Shown piece by piece: positions 11,772 to 24,043 of a stretch of 64,000 bases of DNA. The stretch covers positions 136,214,001 through 136,278,000 of the forward strand of contig OX597818.1 in the NCBI GenBank assembly GCA_951406725.2. Direction: 5' to 3'. Made by a program: the position numbers and the translations under genes. Each line of letters begins with the position of its first letter. Position 1 is the first letter of the stretch. This stretch comes from Octopus vulgaris (Eukaryota). The notes under the pieces are model-generated. The model saw only the letters and a list, made by a program, of their open reading frames with translations. It did not search any database and was not told where the DNA came from.

Positions 11772-12105
11772 GATCCCCTTCAGTCATGAATGACCATGGG
11801 TTTGCACCTAGAAAGTTACCCTCTGAGGCACAAGTCTGGGCAAGGTTGTTTATGGAAGACCAGCAGTCACCCATGGATACCAGTCTCCTCTCTCTATGCC
11901 ACCGATGTTATCCAAGGGAAAGGCAAAGTCTGATACAGCTTGGCACCAGTGATGGTCACAACTCATTTCTACAACTGAGTGAACTGGAGCAACGTGAAAT
12001 AAAGTGTCTTGCTCAAGAACACAACACACAGCCCTGTCTAGGAATTGAACTCATAACCTCATGATTGTAAGCTCAACACTCAAACCATTGAGCCATGCAC
12101 CTTCA
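11772..12105 (-). mobile_element. SINE with the head of the 10931-11260 element and a different 3' module
   Basis: ctgagtgaactggagcaacgtgaaataaagtgtcttgctcaag shared with 11135-11180. Confidence 0.65.
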
Positions 12106-12139
12106 CATATGTGTATATATGAATAATAATAATAATAAT

Positions 12140-12385
12140 AGCCATTGAATTACAGAGACTATGGTAAAAATGGATCCCTGTAGTTATAGGTGCATTAGGA
12201 ACTATCCCTAAAGATTTGAACAGAGGGATAGAGGAAATAGGCATGAACTCAGTTTAGTAGAGCTTCAGAAAAGTGTTATAAAGGACAGCTAAGATACTTA
12301 GGAAGATTTTTGGCATCTAAGGTTTACTTGTTGTAGCTCGATGTTAGGAAGTTTTGAGTTCCAACAGTCTAATCTCTTGTGCTTA
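12140..12385 (+). mobile_element. RLE-type (R4/Dong-like) LINE 3' fragment
   Basis: Translates AIELQRLW..IPVVIGALGTIPKDLNRGIEEIG..VELQKSV; adjacent to (TAA)n. Confidence 0.65.
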
Positions 12386-12394
12386 TATGAATTT

Positions 12395-12860
12395 TACTTT
12401 TATTCTTTTACTTGTTTCAGTCATTTGATGGGGCCATGCTGGAGTACTGCCTTTAGTCAAATAAATTGACCCCAGGACTTATTCTTTGTAAGCCTAATAC
12501 TTATTCTATCGGGAATTATTCTATATTGCCGAACCACTAAGTCACGGGGACATAAACACACCAACATCGGTTGTCAAGTGATAGTGGAAGGCCAAACACA
12601 GACACACAAATACACCCCCACACACCCCCACACACACATACACACACACACACGCACACAAACACTCACACATACACACACACATACACATACACAACGG
12701 GCTTCTTTCAGTTTCCATCTACCAAATCCACTCACAAGGCTTTGGTCGGCTCGAGGCTATAGTAGAAGACACTTGCCCCAGGTGCCACACAATGGGACTG
12801 AACCCAGAACCATGTGGTTGGGAAGTAAGCTTCTTACCACACAACCACTCCTGTGCCTAT
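12395..12860 (-). mobile_element. tRNA-derived SINE family A, full length
   Basis: Reverse complement of the family A pattern, with internal (CA)n. Confidence 0.9.
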
Positions 12861-12885
12861 AACAACAACAACAACAGCGATAATA

Positions 12886-13103
12886 ACTTGTTCTTCTATA
12901 GGCACAAGGGCTGAAATTTGTGGTGCGGGTGCTACTTGATTTTATCAATCACAGTGCTCAGCTGGTACTTATTTCATTGACCCTGAAAGGACGAAAGGCA
13001 CAGTCAACCTTGGTGGAATTTGAACTCAGAACATAAAGACAGACAAAAATGCTGCAAAGCATTTTGTTCAGCATGCTAACGATTCAGCCAGGTCACTGCC
13101 TTA
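12886..13103 (-). mobile_element. SINE family C, diverged
   Basis: ggtacttatttcattgaccctgaaaggacgaaaggcacagtcaacc...gaatttgaactcagaac. Confidence 0.75.
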
Positions 13104-13140
13104 ATGATAATAATAATAACAACAACTAAAAATGAACAAT

Positions 13141-13306
13141 AGGCGTAGGAGTGGCTGTGTGGTAAGTAGCTTGCTTATGAACCACATGGTTCCGGGTTCA
13201 GTTCCACTGTATAGCACCTTGGGCAAGTGTCTTCTTCTTTAACCTTGGGCCGACCAAAGCCTTGTGAGTGGATTTTGTAGACAGAAACTGAAAGAAGCCC
13301 ATCGTA

Positions 13307-13363
<57 letters not shown>

Positions 13364-13615
13364 ATGTGTGTGTGTGTGTGTGTGTATATGTTTGTGTGTC
13401 TGTGTTTACCCCCGCCACACACACACACATCGCTTGACAACTGATGCTTGTGTGTTTATGTCCCCGTAACTTAGCGGTTCGGCAAAAGAAGCTGATAGAA
13501 TAAGTACTAGGCTTACAAAGAATAATTCCTGGGGTCGGTCGGTTTGTTCGACTAAAGGCAGTGCTCCAGCATGGCCACAGTCAAATGACTGAAACAAGTA
13601 AAAGAGTAATAAAAT
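13141..13615 (+). mobile_element. tRNA-derived SINE family A, full length
   Basis: ggcgtaggagtggctgtgtggtaagtagcttgc...ggttccgggttcagttcc (A/B boxes), gcaccttgggcaagtgtctt core, internal (TA)n(TG)n, gtaaaagag tail. Confidence 0.92.
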
Positions 13616-13779
13616 GTAAAGAATGTGAAATACCACTAATACTAAAAGCAATAATTAGAAAAAGGGGCTAAAAGGGACAAGTCTTAGAAGAAGATAGTGG
13701 TGGGTAAAGAAAGTTATCTCCATCTATATTTAATTGACCATTTTCTCTCAGAAAATTCCAGAATGTTAATTTTGATTTA

Positions 13780-15030
13780 TGCTTACAATTTACTATTAAC
13801 TAATTGCATTTCTTTAACATACTTTCCCTAATTAACTAATAGAATTTTGCAAGACTGCAAGCTCTTCCATCACACTGGTAAAGTTTTGCTGTGGCTACAG
13901 TAGACCAGTTAATGTAATAACTGTATTCCTAGATTTCAAGGAAGTATTTGGCTAGCGATGTGGAAAATTTTAATTTTTCACTAGTAAAGGTATGCTTAAG
14001 GATGGAAATTCTTTTCTTGGCCAGATTAGTAGTCAATCTGATTTAAAAGCAAGTACTATTATCCATGTTAACAAATCACTTGTACACCATGTTCTCATGG
14101 ACTCAATCCCCGACAGCCCTTCTTAAATTTACAATTATATTTACGTTATAGAATTCGATTAATTGTTTAGAAAATATACTACTTATGTTAAGTAGTTTAG
14201 GTGCAGTCAAACAGTTGACTTGTTTACTTACTATGTTACTAGAAATAGTTAGTGTTAGGGTATCAATTTCAGTATTACCCCTGTTTTTGGTACTATTAAA
14301 AATTCCAGTCAAAAGATAGTCTTTCAAGCTGGAATTTAGATTTAGGCTGAAAATAAATGAGAATCCATATTACATAGTTTACTAAGTAATGGTAATTCAC
14401 TAAAATTAATTTAAATCTTAAGCCTATTAAGTGCTGCTATAGTTGCTTCCTGGTTAGTGATAGCAGGATATGAAAGTTTAAAAGTTTTCTCATTTAAAAT
14501 TCTTTCGGAATGAGAGTTTTAATATTACTGGCAAAGAGAGAATTTACCAGGAAACTTAATTTTTTTGTATGTTTTTTGGTACTACCATTAATTAACTGGA
14601 CATTTCCCATGGTTTCATTTCCAAGTAGTAATGTCAACACTTTGGAAATTACCTTTTCTAGTGTACTTATTATCCCTGGATGATTCACTTTGAATGTAAC
14701 TGCTCTTATCCTCAATGACATAAGTACCATCTCCTGTTCTTTTAGATTTCATTAGGTCAATGGTATTAAAGTTAATCCTCTTACAACCTCTTACTAGTCT
14801 TCTTACTCACAGTTATATTCCGAGTATTCACAGAATTCTTCTTACTGTTATGTTAACATGAAGTGCTTTTTTACACTTCATGTTATCATAGTAAGAGATC
14901 ATCTCCTTATAGCCACTGCATTTAAGGGCCTCATTATAATATTCAATATTATTTCTAAATATCCTACTACAAGTGGAAAAATCAGAAATCCTTATAGAAA
15001 TATTCCTAAACTATTCAGAGTTGAATTTGA
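13780..15030 (-). mobile_element. Decayed Penelope-like retroelement: C-terminal region and GIY-YIG endonuclease
   Basis: Manual translation: ISIRISDFSTCSRIFRNNIEYYNEALKCSGYKE; FASNIKTLIPKEF; KTFKLSYPAITNQEATIAALNRLKI; ENMVYK..IRLTTNLAKKRISILKHTFTSEKLKFSTSLAKYFLEI..INWSTVATAKLYQCDGRACSL. Collinear with PLE thumb, linker and GIY-YIG motifs; many stops. Confidence 0.8.
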
Positions 15031-15589
15031 ATGGTTGGATGACGATGATGATGGTAATGATGATGACGACAACGATGATAACAATAGTGATGGTGATGAT
15101 GTTTATGACAATCATCATCATCATCATCATCATTGTCATTTAATGCCCACTTTTCCATGCATGCATGGATCAGGTAGAATTTGTCAAGGTAGTTTTCTTT
15201 GGTTGAATGCTCTTCTTGCCATCAACTCTCACCTGTTTCCAAGAAAGGTAATATCTCTCTATGACCAGACACGTTTTTCGGGGAAGATTGGAAATGATGG
15301 ACACCATTTGCATGATTGTGACATCATGAAATCAAGGCAAGAAGACAGTAACATAAGTACATGCATACATAAACATACATACATACAAACATACACACAT
15401 ATCTCTTTCATACATTAATTAAGAACACATGTTTGAAAAAGTTAACTGAAAGTGCTCACACACTAAGAAAAGAAAACTTCTTCTACAAAAGGTTATTAAC
15501 ATCCTCATAAAAGATTTAACTTTACTAACTTTACATATATCAGACTTAGAAGGATATTGTTAATAAGTTCTTCTAACAACCCAAACATA

Positions 15590-15818
15590 TTAACCCTTTA
15601 GCATTCAGATTACTTTGTGAAATGTGATGCTTATTCATTGACATTGTTTTGAATTAATCTTACATTATCTTTTAGCTTTGAGAATTCAATGATGTGATTG
15701 TATATTTTTGGAATGACATTGTGTGGTGGGTGTGAAGTATTGGATCTGGCCAGTTTCAACATAAAAAAAGGCAGAATATTTTAGCCAGATATGGCTGGTT
15801 TAAATACGAAAGGGTTAG
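15590..15818. mobile_element. TTAA-type (piggyBac-like) MITE; partial second copy at ~48913-49055
   Basis: Ends ttaaccctttagcatt / aaatacgaaagggttag. Confidence 0.6.
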
Positions 15819-16129
15819 ATCAAAGTGGGGACCTGTAAGCTTTATTTAGAGCAATGATTCCCAATATGGGGCATACACCCTATCGATGGTGCCTGAAAAA
15901 ATTGTGGTGAGGTGTGAGATCCAAAATTTTCTTCTTTTTTTTAGTGGAACAAGGAATAGTGAAAATCTTTTTTTTTCACAGCAAACATACTACATGGACA
16001 TTTTTTTTCCAGTCACTGATGGAAAAAAGTTTCTGGAAAGTTATTGTGGGGCTTGGGGGAAAATAGGCTGGGCAACAAGGTTTTAGAGGTTCTGTTCAAT
16101 CGTCTGATTTTAATTTAGCTATTAATGTT

Positions 16130-16575
16130 ATCATCATCATCATCATCATTTAACGTCCGTTCTCCATGCTAGCATGGGTTGGACGGTTCGACTGGGGATC
16201 TGGGAAGCCAGAAGGCTGCACCAGGCTCCGGTCTTATCTGGCAATGTTTCTACAGCTGGATGCCCTTCCTAACGCCAACCACTCCGTGAGTGTAGTGGGT
16301 GCTTTTTACGTGCCACCTGCTCTGGAGCCAGGCGAGGCTGGCATCGGCCACAGTCGGATTGGTGCATTTTACGTGCCACCTGCACGGAAGCCAGTCAAGG
16401 TGGCACTGGCTTCGGCCGCGATTCGGATGGTGCTTTTTACGTGCCACCGACACGGAAGCCAGTCGAGGCGGCGCTGGCATCGGCCACGATTCGGATAGTG
16501 CTTTTTACGTATCTTCAGTCCAGGGGTCCTAGCATCTGCCAGGTGCCAGTCATAGGATTGGTTTAATTTCGATTT
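16130..16575 (-). mobile_element. Family D element with ~3 diverged ~62-bp internal repeats
   Basis: Tail block plus repeated ggtgctttttacgtgccacc...ggcatcggccacgattcggat. Confidence 0.85.
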
Positions 16576-16579
16576 CGAA

Positions 16580-17350
16580 ATTACGTGATGTATTAATATT
16601 TGTCTTTTAATTTTCATTTAGTTCTTTCTGTACAAATGTTATATGTATGTTTAGGTCCATATGAATATTTCCATTCTTGTTGGCCAGCACCTGTATTTTC
16701 CTAGATCTCTGAATTCCATTAAAATTTCTGAAAGTTTCTATTGAAAAGGATTGTGTTGTTTATGGAATTTTATGTTCACGATCATATTAAGAAGGGATGG
16801 AAAAGGTGCTTGTATGGGGAAAATTTGCCGGTCACTAAACAGCTAAATTATCCCTCTTTCACTAATTCTGATATGTTTCCATTTTTTTCTTATGGAAGTA
16901 GAAAGCCCTCCATCTCAAACAATCAATAAGAGCATTAGTGATTTTGAAGCATCAACTCCAGATAAGCCCTAATGCTTGGTGTCTGCTTAATTTTTATCTG
17001 TTTCTATTCCTTCTTTCTTCCATTTTGATCCCCAACTGTTTTTCCTTGTTTATCTCTATGATTGGGATTTTACTCCTTGATTAACCATTTACTTATTTAC
17101 TTATATTATCCCCTTCCTTCTACATCTCTATTTTTCCATCTCTTTCTCTGTTCTATCATTTTCTATCTTCTTTTGCTTCTTCTTTGTATTTTGGTGGATT
17201 TTCTAAGACTATCTGGACGATTACTATATATAGAGAGTAAATTTTAATATACCCATAAATTTGGAAATGTTGACTGATGAAGGAAGCATTACATTTTAGT
17301 GAATAGTGGTAAATACTTCTTAGCCTGTTCCCAGGTAAGAAATAAGTTGA
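16580..17350 (-). mobile_element. Decayed Penelope-like retroelement: N-terminal region
   Basis: HYSLK (~17310); LRWRAFYFH; LLNMIVNIKFHKQHNPFQ*KL; SRKIQVLANKNGNIH. These resemble PLE N-terminal motifs YSLKNIP / MRWKAFF / LLNMIxNIKFRKxxNxFQ / VxADKTxN; same strand as 13780-15030. Confidence 0.7.
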
Positions 17351-17998
17351 CTCCACTAAATAAACTAAAGTTTATTCTATTAACCTGCATTTTTATATTC
17401 AAAAATCTACATTCAATAAATTAGCGAATCTATGTTCAATGAACATAACAGTTGGGAATCTTCTGTATATTAACTTGATGGATAATGTAATCAAGATAAT
17501 GCAAGGAAATTAATTACTGTGTATAATTAATGTGTTAATGGACACTATTAATAAAGGTTGGTGCCTTTTGTCAACTTTAACCCAAACATGTAACTTGAAG
17601 GAGAAAGTGAGGTGGAGAGAGCAACTTGTTAAGACAAGCAATATAGTTTCCTTTCGATGGTTCATCAGCTCACGGATTAGGTTGAATTTTCTAGTCAAGA
17701 ATCTTTGGCCAAGCTGTTTGGCTAGAAAACTTTTATACTTCTTATGAAGATTGCTACCTCAAGAATAATAAGTCAATAATTGCTGACCGGTTGAGTCATA
17801 TTTGAGTGGGCATTGATATCTTTTATGGTGACATTTTTACTTTTAAGAAAATGTATTAGTTTGTGAGTTTGGTCTGTGATTAACATTAGAGCCAAACCCT
17901 GAATAGTTTGTTGTGCATAGAGTGCAACTAATCATACCTACACACACACTCACTCACACTTACACACTCACTCACATACACACACTCACACATGCACA

Positions 17999-18027
<29 letters not shown>

Positions 18028-18031
<4 letters not shown>

Positions 18032-18200
18032 GCTGTTTGGTAAGAAGTTTGCATCCCAACCGCATGATTCTGGGTTCAGTCCCATTGCACCTTGAGCAAA
18101 TGTTTTCTACAATAGCCTCAGGCTAACCAAAGTCTTGTGAGTGGATTTGATAGACAGAAACAGAAAGAAGCTAGTCACTCACACACACACGCACACACAC

Positions 18201-18248
<48 letters not shown>

Positions 18249-18675
18249 CTGTCTATGTGTCTTCATGTCTTTGCTTGTGCTTGACAACAGGTATTTGATT
18301 ATTTGCATTACCATAACCTAGCGGTTTGACAAAAGAGACCAATAGCTTTCTCCGTCCGGGTTGTGGATCCGTGGAACAAGCTGCCAGACGAGATGGTGAA
18401 GATGCCGACGACCGCTTTGTTCAAAGCCTCCCTGGACCTCAAGTGGCCTGAACTCTTTACATGAACACCACCCTGTACTTAACTCCATGTCCCCCTACAT
18501 GGCCTTGCTATTTGCTTTTGAGCCAAATTAACTAACTAACTAACTAACTAACTATAGAATAAATATCAGTCTGACATAAAAAAAAAAAGCACTGGGATTG
18601 ATTCATTCAACTAAAAGCTTAGTGCTCCAGCATGGGTGCTTGTCTAATGACTGAAACAAGTAAGATAAAAGGTAA
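18028..18675 (+). mobile_element. Diverged SINE family A, interrupted by a CR1 fragment
   Basis: Head gtggctgtttggtaagaagtttgc; tail ccagcatggg...gactgaaacaagtaag. Confidence 0.75.
18345..18553 (+). mobile_element. CR1-clade LINE, 5'-truncated 3' end
   Basis: FSVRVVDPWNKLPDEMVKMPTTALFKASLDLKWPELFT* (the CR1 F..RV...WN.LP motif), short 3' UTR and (CTAA)n tail. Confidence 0.85.
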
Positions 18676-18692
18676 AAGATACATACATAGAT

Positions 18693-19490
18693 ATCATCAT
18701 CATCATCATCATTTAATGTCCATTGTCTCTGCTGGCATGGGTTGGATGGTTTGACTGGGCTGGCGTACTGGAAGGCTGCACCAGATTCCAGTCTAATTTA
18801 GCATGGTTTTCTATGGCTGGATGCCCTCCCTAATACCAACCACTCCGAGAGTGTAATGAGTGCTTTTACATGCCGCTGCATGGGTGCCATTTGCGTGGCA
18901 CTGTGGTGCATTTACATGCCACGGGGACAGGTGCCAATTTGCATGACACCAGTATCTGCCACAACTGTGATTTTGCTCGGCTTGATGGTCTTCTTCTCAA
19001 GCATGACATAATGCCAAAAGTCTTGGTTATTGCCTCCATGAGGCCCCACGCTTGAAAGAAACTCAGCCACCTTGCTTTCACGAGCCCCAACACGCAAAAG
19101 GTATTCAGCCACTAGGTGGTGAGCTAGCAGAATCGTTAGCACATCGGGCGAAATGCTTAGCGGTATTTCGGCTGCTGTTACGTGAGTTCAAATTCTGCCG
19201 AGGTCGACTTTGCCTTTCATCCTTTCGGGGTCGATAAATTAAGTACCAGTTAAGCACTGGGGTCGATATAATCGACTTAATCCGTTTGTCTGTCCATGTT
19301 TGTCTCCTCTATGTTTAGCCCCTTGTGGGTAATAAAGAAATAGGTATTCAGCCACTTTGCTTTCATGAGCCCCAACACTCGAAAGGTACTCAGCCACTTT
19401 GACTCCATCAGGCCCAACATTTGAGAGGAACTCAGCCACTTTGCTTCTGTCAGGCCCAATGCTTGAGAGGAACTCTGCCACTTCGCCTCC
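18693..19490 (-). mobile_element. Family D element with ~43-bp internal repeats and a nested family C SINE (19113-19345, +)
   Basis: Repeated tcagccactttgc..tgaggcccaacac..gaaag; nested SINE flanked by duplicated aggtattcagccact. Confidence 0.8.
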
Positions 19491-20713
19491 ATATATCTAT
19501 TGTAGACAAAAATGAATATTACACCATATGATACGTACCAAGTATGCCTTTAATACATACATGGATTTTCAGGGTACCCAGGATGAATGAGTGTCTGTTT
19601 AACTCTGTATAGACTTCTGAACTGGCCAGTTGAATTAACCTAATTTTTCTGAGTGACCTGTTTAGCCAAAGTGATCTTGAGGTGGTTCTTAGTTAAGAAG
19701 ATGTATTTGATCTCACTGTATTACTAAATCTATATGTGTATGTGTGTACATGTGGTGGTGGTGGTGGTGGTGGTGGTGGTGGTGGTGTGTGTGTGTGTGT
19801 TTGTATGTGCATACATGCGTGTGTAAGCTCTGAACTGGATGGCTGTGAAGTGAGCTTTTTTTAATCACTTACCCAACTGCTCAACCATGGACAGAAAATC
19901 AAATGAATCAATGTAATTCACCACAAAGTCAGTACACAATAACTACAGGAATCATATAGCTTGAACCTGTGACCTAGCTACTTAGAAGAGAGCCCCTTAA
20001 TGCATTCCTTCCACCATTCCTGTTTTATGAATAAATAATTATTTCACGTTCATGTTCCTATTAGACGTAACATAAGAAGGGTAATTTGGTTTGAAAAGCT
20101 GTCAACTCAGAGCCAGCTGATTGTGATGACAGAATAGAATCTCTGACAAACCATCTACCATATACGCAGAGCAATATGAATAAATGTAATTAGCACAATT
20201 ATATGAATCCATAATTTAACAAAGTATCACCTGATTAGTAATTATACTTTATATCTGTCTTTCTCTTTTTCTCACTTTCTTTCCTGCCATTTTACTCACC
20301 AGTATTCTTCATGAAATTACTGTCTCTGTAAAAATATATTCTGAACCTCAACGCAAAATATGCCATGTTAACTGAATAAAAAAAAGAAAGAAGTGTAGCA
20401 GGGTAGGTCACGTATTTTAGTCTAGTTGAATGCATTTGTCTTTCTTAGCCAATTAATTAGTGTCTAGGTACAATTCACCATTGACACCGTCACCGAGATA
20501 GAGAGATTTCACTAATGCATTCATGAAGAGCTAAATAATTGAGAGCATTGTCGAAACAGGAAATGAACTCCTGCTCCTGGCCATCCTGAGTAAAGATAAT
20601 TCACTTTGCTTAGAATATTCATTTGTTCAATTGTTTAACGTGTTTCCCATGCTGGAATGGTTTGGATAAGAATTTATTCAAGCCAGGATTTTACAGTTCG
20701 ACACCAAACCTTA

Positions 20714-21412
20714 TATGTTTTTTCTAATAAGGAATTCTTAAAATTATTTTCCTTGTCTTTGAAAGTACAAAACCATCATAATGTCAACAAGGAATGCGAA
20801 CATTATATCAATGTTTTCTGCTGTCAGTGACAAACAAAAATTGTAAGCACTGGTGCTGGTGCCATGTAAAAAAGCACTCAATACATTTTTAAAGTGATTG
20901 GCATTAGAAACATCCAACTGTAGAAACAAAGGATTGTATAAACAAAGGTGGTGAGCTGGCAGAATTGTTAGCACGCCGGGTGAAATGCGTAGCCGTATTT
21001 CGTCTGCCGTTACGTTCTGAGTTCAAATTCCGCCGAGGTCGACTTTACCTTTCATCCTTTCGGGGTCGATAAATTAAGTACCAGTTACGCACTGGGGTTG
21101 ATGTAATCAACTTAATCCGTTTGTCTGTCCTTGTTTGTCCCCTCTATGTTTAGCCCCTTGTGGGTAGTAAAAAAAAATATATATATATATATATGTTTTT
21201 TCAAGTAAGGAATTCTTAAAATTATTTTCCTTGTCTTTGAAAGTACAAAACCGTCATAATGTCAACAAAGAATGTGAACATTATATCAATGTTTTCTGCT
21301 GTCAGTGACAAACAAAAATTGTAAGCACTGGTGCTGGTGCCATGTAAAAAGCACTCAATACACTTTGTAAAGTGGTTGGGATTAGAAAGGGCATCCAACT
21401 ATAGAAACAAAG
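20714..21412. repeat. ~220-bp direct duplication (20714-20930 / 21192-21412) flanking a family C SINE
   Basis: aaggaattcttaaaattattttccttgtctttgaaagtacaaaacc...gcactcaatac present twice with few substitutions. Confidence 0.85.
20945..21172 (+). mobile_element. SINE family C (Nin/Deu-domain-like), full length
   Basis: aaggtggtgagctggcagaa head, gagttcaaattcc B box, core gaggtcgactttacctttcatcctttcggggtcgataaattaagtacc. Confidence 0.9.
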
Positions 21413-22012
21413 TCAAAACAGACAATGGAACTTGGTGCAGCCCCTGGCTTTACCTATACCTATCAAGCTGTCCAACTCATGCCAGCATGGAAAACGGATG
21501 TTAAATATTGATGATGATGTTGATGATAATGATGATCACTCATACAAATATGCATGCATATGTGCACACACATAGACACACAGACACACAGACACACACA
21601 CACACACACACACAGAGGATGGTGGGTTGACAGAATCATTAGAGTATTGTGCAAAATATATTCTTGTATTCCTTCTGGTCCTGGTGAGATCAATTTTGCC
21701 GTCAATCCTTTTCGGGATGATGAAATAAAGCATGAGTCAAGCACTGAAGTCAATGGAATCAACTAACACTCTCATCCACTCTGACCTGGTGTCTAAATTA
21801 GAAACAGCATATACAGATGTACATACATATATACATACATATATGTGTGTGGATGTAGATGCGTGTGTATATATATATATATATATGTGTGTGTGTATGT
21901 ATATATATGTTTTTTATTAATAATTAGCAAGGGACCCTGACTCACCCTGTAAATTGTACAGATGATTAATAAGATACACACACACACATACACACACACA
22001 CATATATATATA

Positions 22013-22238
22013 CTCTTACTCTCTTTTACTCTTTTACTTGTTTCAGTCATTTGACTGCGGCCATGCTGGAGCACCGCCTTTAATCGATCAACTCGATCCC
22101 GGGACTTATTCCTTGTAAGCCCAGTACTTATTCTATCGGTCTCTTTTGCCGAACCGCTAAGTGACAGGGACATAAACACATCAGCATTGGTTGTCAAACA
22201 ATGCTAGGGGGACAAACACAGACACACAAACATACATG

Positions 22239-22272
<34 letters not shown>

Positions 22273-22442
22273 CATATATAAGACGGGCTTCTTTCAGTTT
22301 CCGTCTACCAAATCCACTCACAAGGCTTTGGTCCGCCCGAGGCTATAGTAGAAGACACTTGCCCAAGGTGCCACACAGTGGGACTGAACCCGGAACCATG
22401 TGGTTGGTAAACAAGCTACTTACCACACAGCCACTCCTGCAC
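22013..22442 (-). mobile_element. SINE family A, full length
   Basis: Reverse complement of the family A pattern. Confidence 0.92.
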
Positions 22443-22540
22443 CTATATATATAATATAAGTATTGAGAGTAAAATTTATTTTTAAAAAATAACAATTTAT
22501 ACCAGTGGCCAGCATGGTAATATTGCAATTGAATACTAGG

Positions 22541-23303
22541 TTAGGGTGGGGGTAAATTAGAAACTTACCCAGGATTTATAAGGCAAATAAGAAACTGGAA
22601 AGGATATAAAATCGACAAACATCAGCCGGGAAACACTCCATTATATCCATTTATTAAATGATAACAAATTTGTGTTTAAGTGGTTCAAGTAAATGAATGA
22701 GATCAGCCAATAAATACGTAACAGGAGTGGCTGTGTGGTAAGTAGCTTGTTTACCAACCACATGGTTCCGGGTTCAGTCCCACTGCGTGGCATCTTGGGC
22801 AAGTGTCTTCTGCTATAGCCTCGGGCCGACCAAAGCCTTGTGAGTGGATTTGGTAGATGGAAACTGAAAGAAGCCTGTCGTATATATGTATATATATATA
22901 TATGCGTGTGTGTGTTTGTGTGTCTGTATTTGTCCCCCTAGCATTGCTTAACAACCGATGCTGGTGTGTTTATGTCTCCGTTACTTAGCGGTTCGGCAAA
23001 AGAGACCGATAGAATAAGTACTGGGCTTACAAAAGAATAAGTCCCGGGCTCGATTTGCTTGATTAAAAGGCGGTGCTCCAGCATGGCCGCAGTCAAATTA
23101 CTGAAACACGTAAAAGAGTAAAGAGTATACAGAGATGAATGAATAATAATAGATGAGTGTGCCCTTAAACACATGTTTGTTATCATTTAATAAATAGATT
23201 TAATGGAATGTTTCCCGGCTGATGTTTGTCGATTTTATATTCTCTCCATTTTCTTATTTGCCTTATAAATCCTGGGTAAGTTTCTAATTTACCCCAACCC
23301 TAA
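22541..23303. mobile_element. Foldback/MITE-like element with ~140-bp inverted arms (22541-22680 / 23164-23303) and a SINE inserted in the spacer
   Basis: ttagggtgggggtaaattagaaacttacccaggatttataaggc...gtgtttaag matches the reverse complement of 23164-23303 with few mismatches. Confidence 0.75.
22723..23125 (+). mobile_element. SINE family A, full length
   Basis: Family A head, core and tail. Confidence 0.92.
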
Positions 23304-23537
23304 GTACTTGGTTAAAAATACGTAGGTATACATCCAGTAGTACATTGGATGTTTAATATCCCTTACATGGCTTATTCACCTCTAACTCATACAGACATAT
23401 ATATATTACGTTTATATATTTGTTTTGCAAGATTCTTGATGTGAAATCGTGTGTTGAAACAGATGTTGTTGTATTTAGGAATGGTCATGTTGCCAGTTTA
23501 GCCAATAAATATATACATATATATATGTATATGTATA

Positions 23538-23586
<49 letters not shown>

Positions 23587-23696
23587 GTAGTAAATCCCCC
23601 AAAAACGGAGATCAAACACAAGAAAAAAACGACAACAACGTGAGGATGTGGTATACACAGAGTATTAGCAGATACTCAGGGAAGGAAAGAAAGGTG

Positions 23697-23731
23697 GTTT
23701 TACATTTCAAGCAAAGCTCTTCTTCAGACAC
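23697..23731 (-). ncRNA. Degenerate minimal hammerhead motif in a (TA)n-inserted short repeat (~23588-23795)
   Basis: Minus strand GUGU-CUGAAGA-a-GAGC-uuu-GCUU-GAAA-UG-UA-AAAC; looks like a CpG-decayed CGAAACGUA motif. Confidence 0.45.
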
Positions 23732-23795
23732 AGGAGACAGATGAAAGTCCAAGGGAAAAGGAAGACGGAGAAAAAAAATTGCTATTGATTCACAC

Positions 23796-23956
23796 ATATA
23801 TATATATGAGTGTGTGTGTATATATATGAATGTATATATATATATACGTATATATATGTGTACATATGTATGTATATATATATGTATATATATGCGTACA
23901 TATATATGTATATATGTGTGTATATATATATATAAATATATATATGTATATATATA

Positions 23957-24043
<87 letters not shown>

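Noticed and set aside
17635-17675. Hammerhead in the 5' region of the Penelope fossil (minus strand CUGAUGA...GAAAC)
   Set aside because: Stems I and III cannot be formed convincingly.
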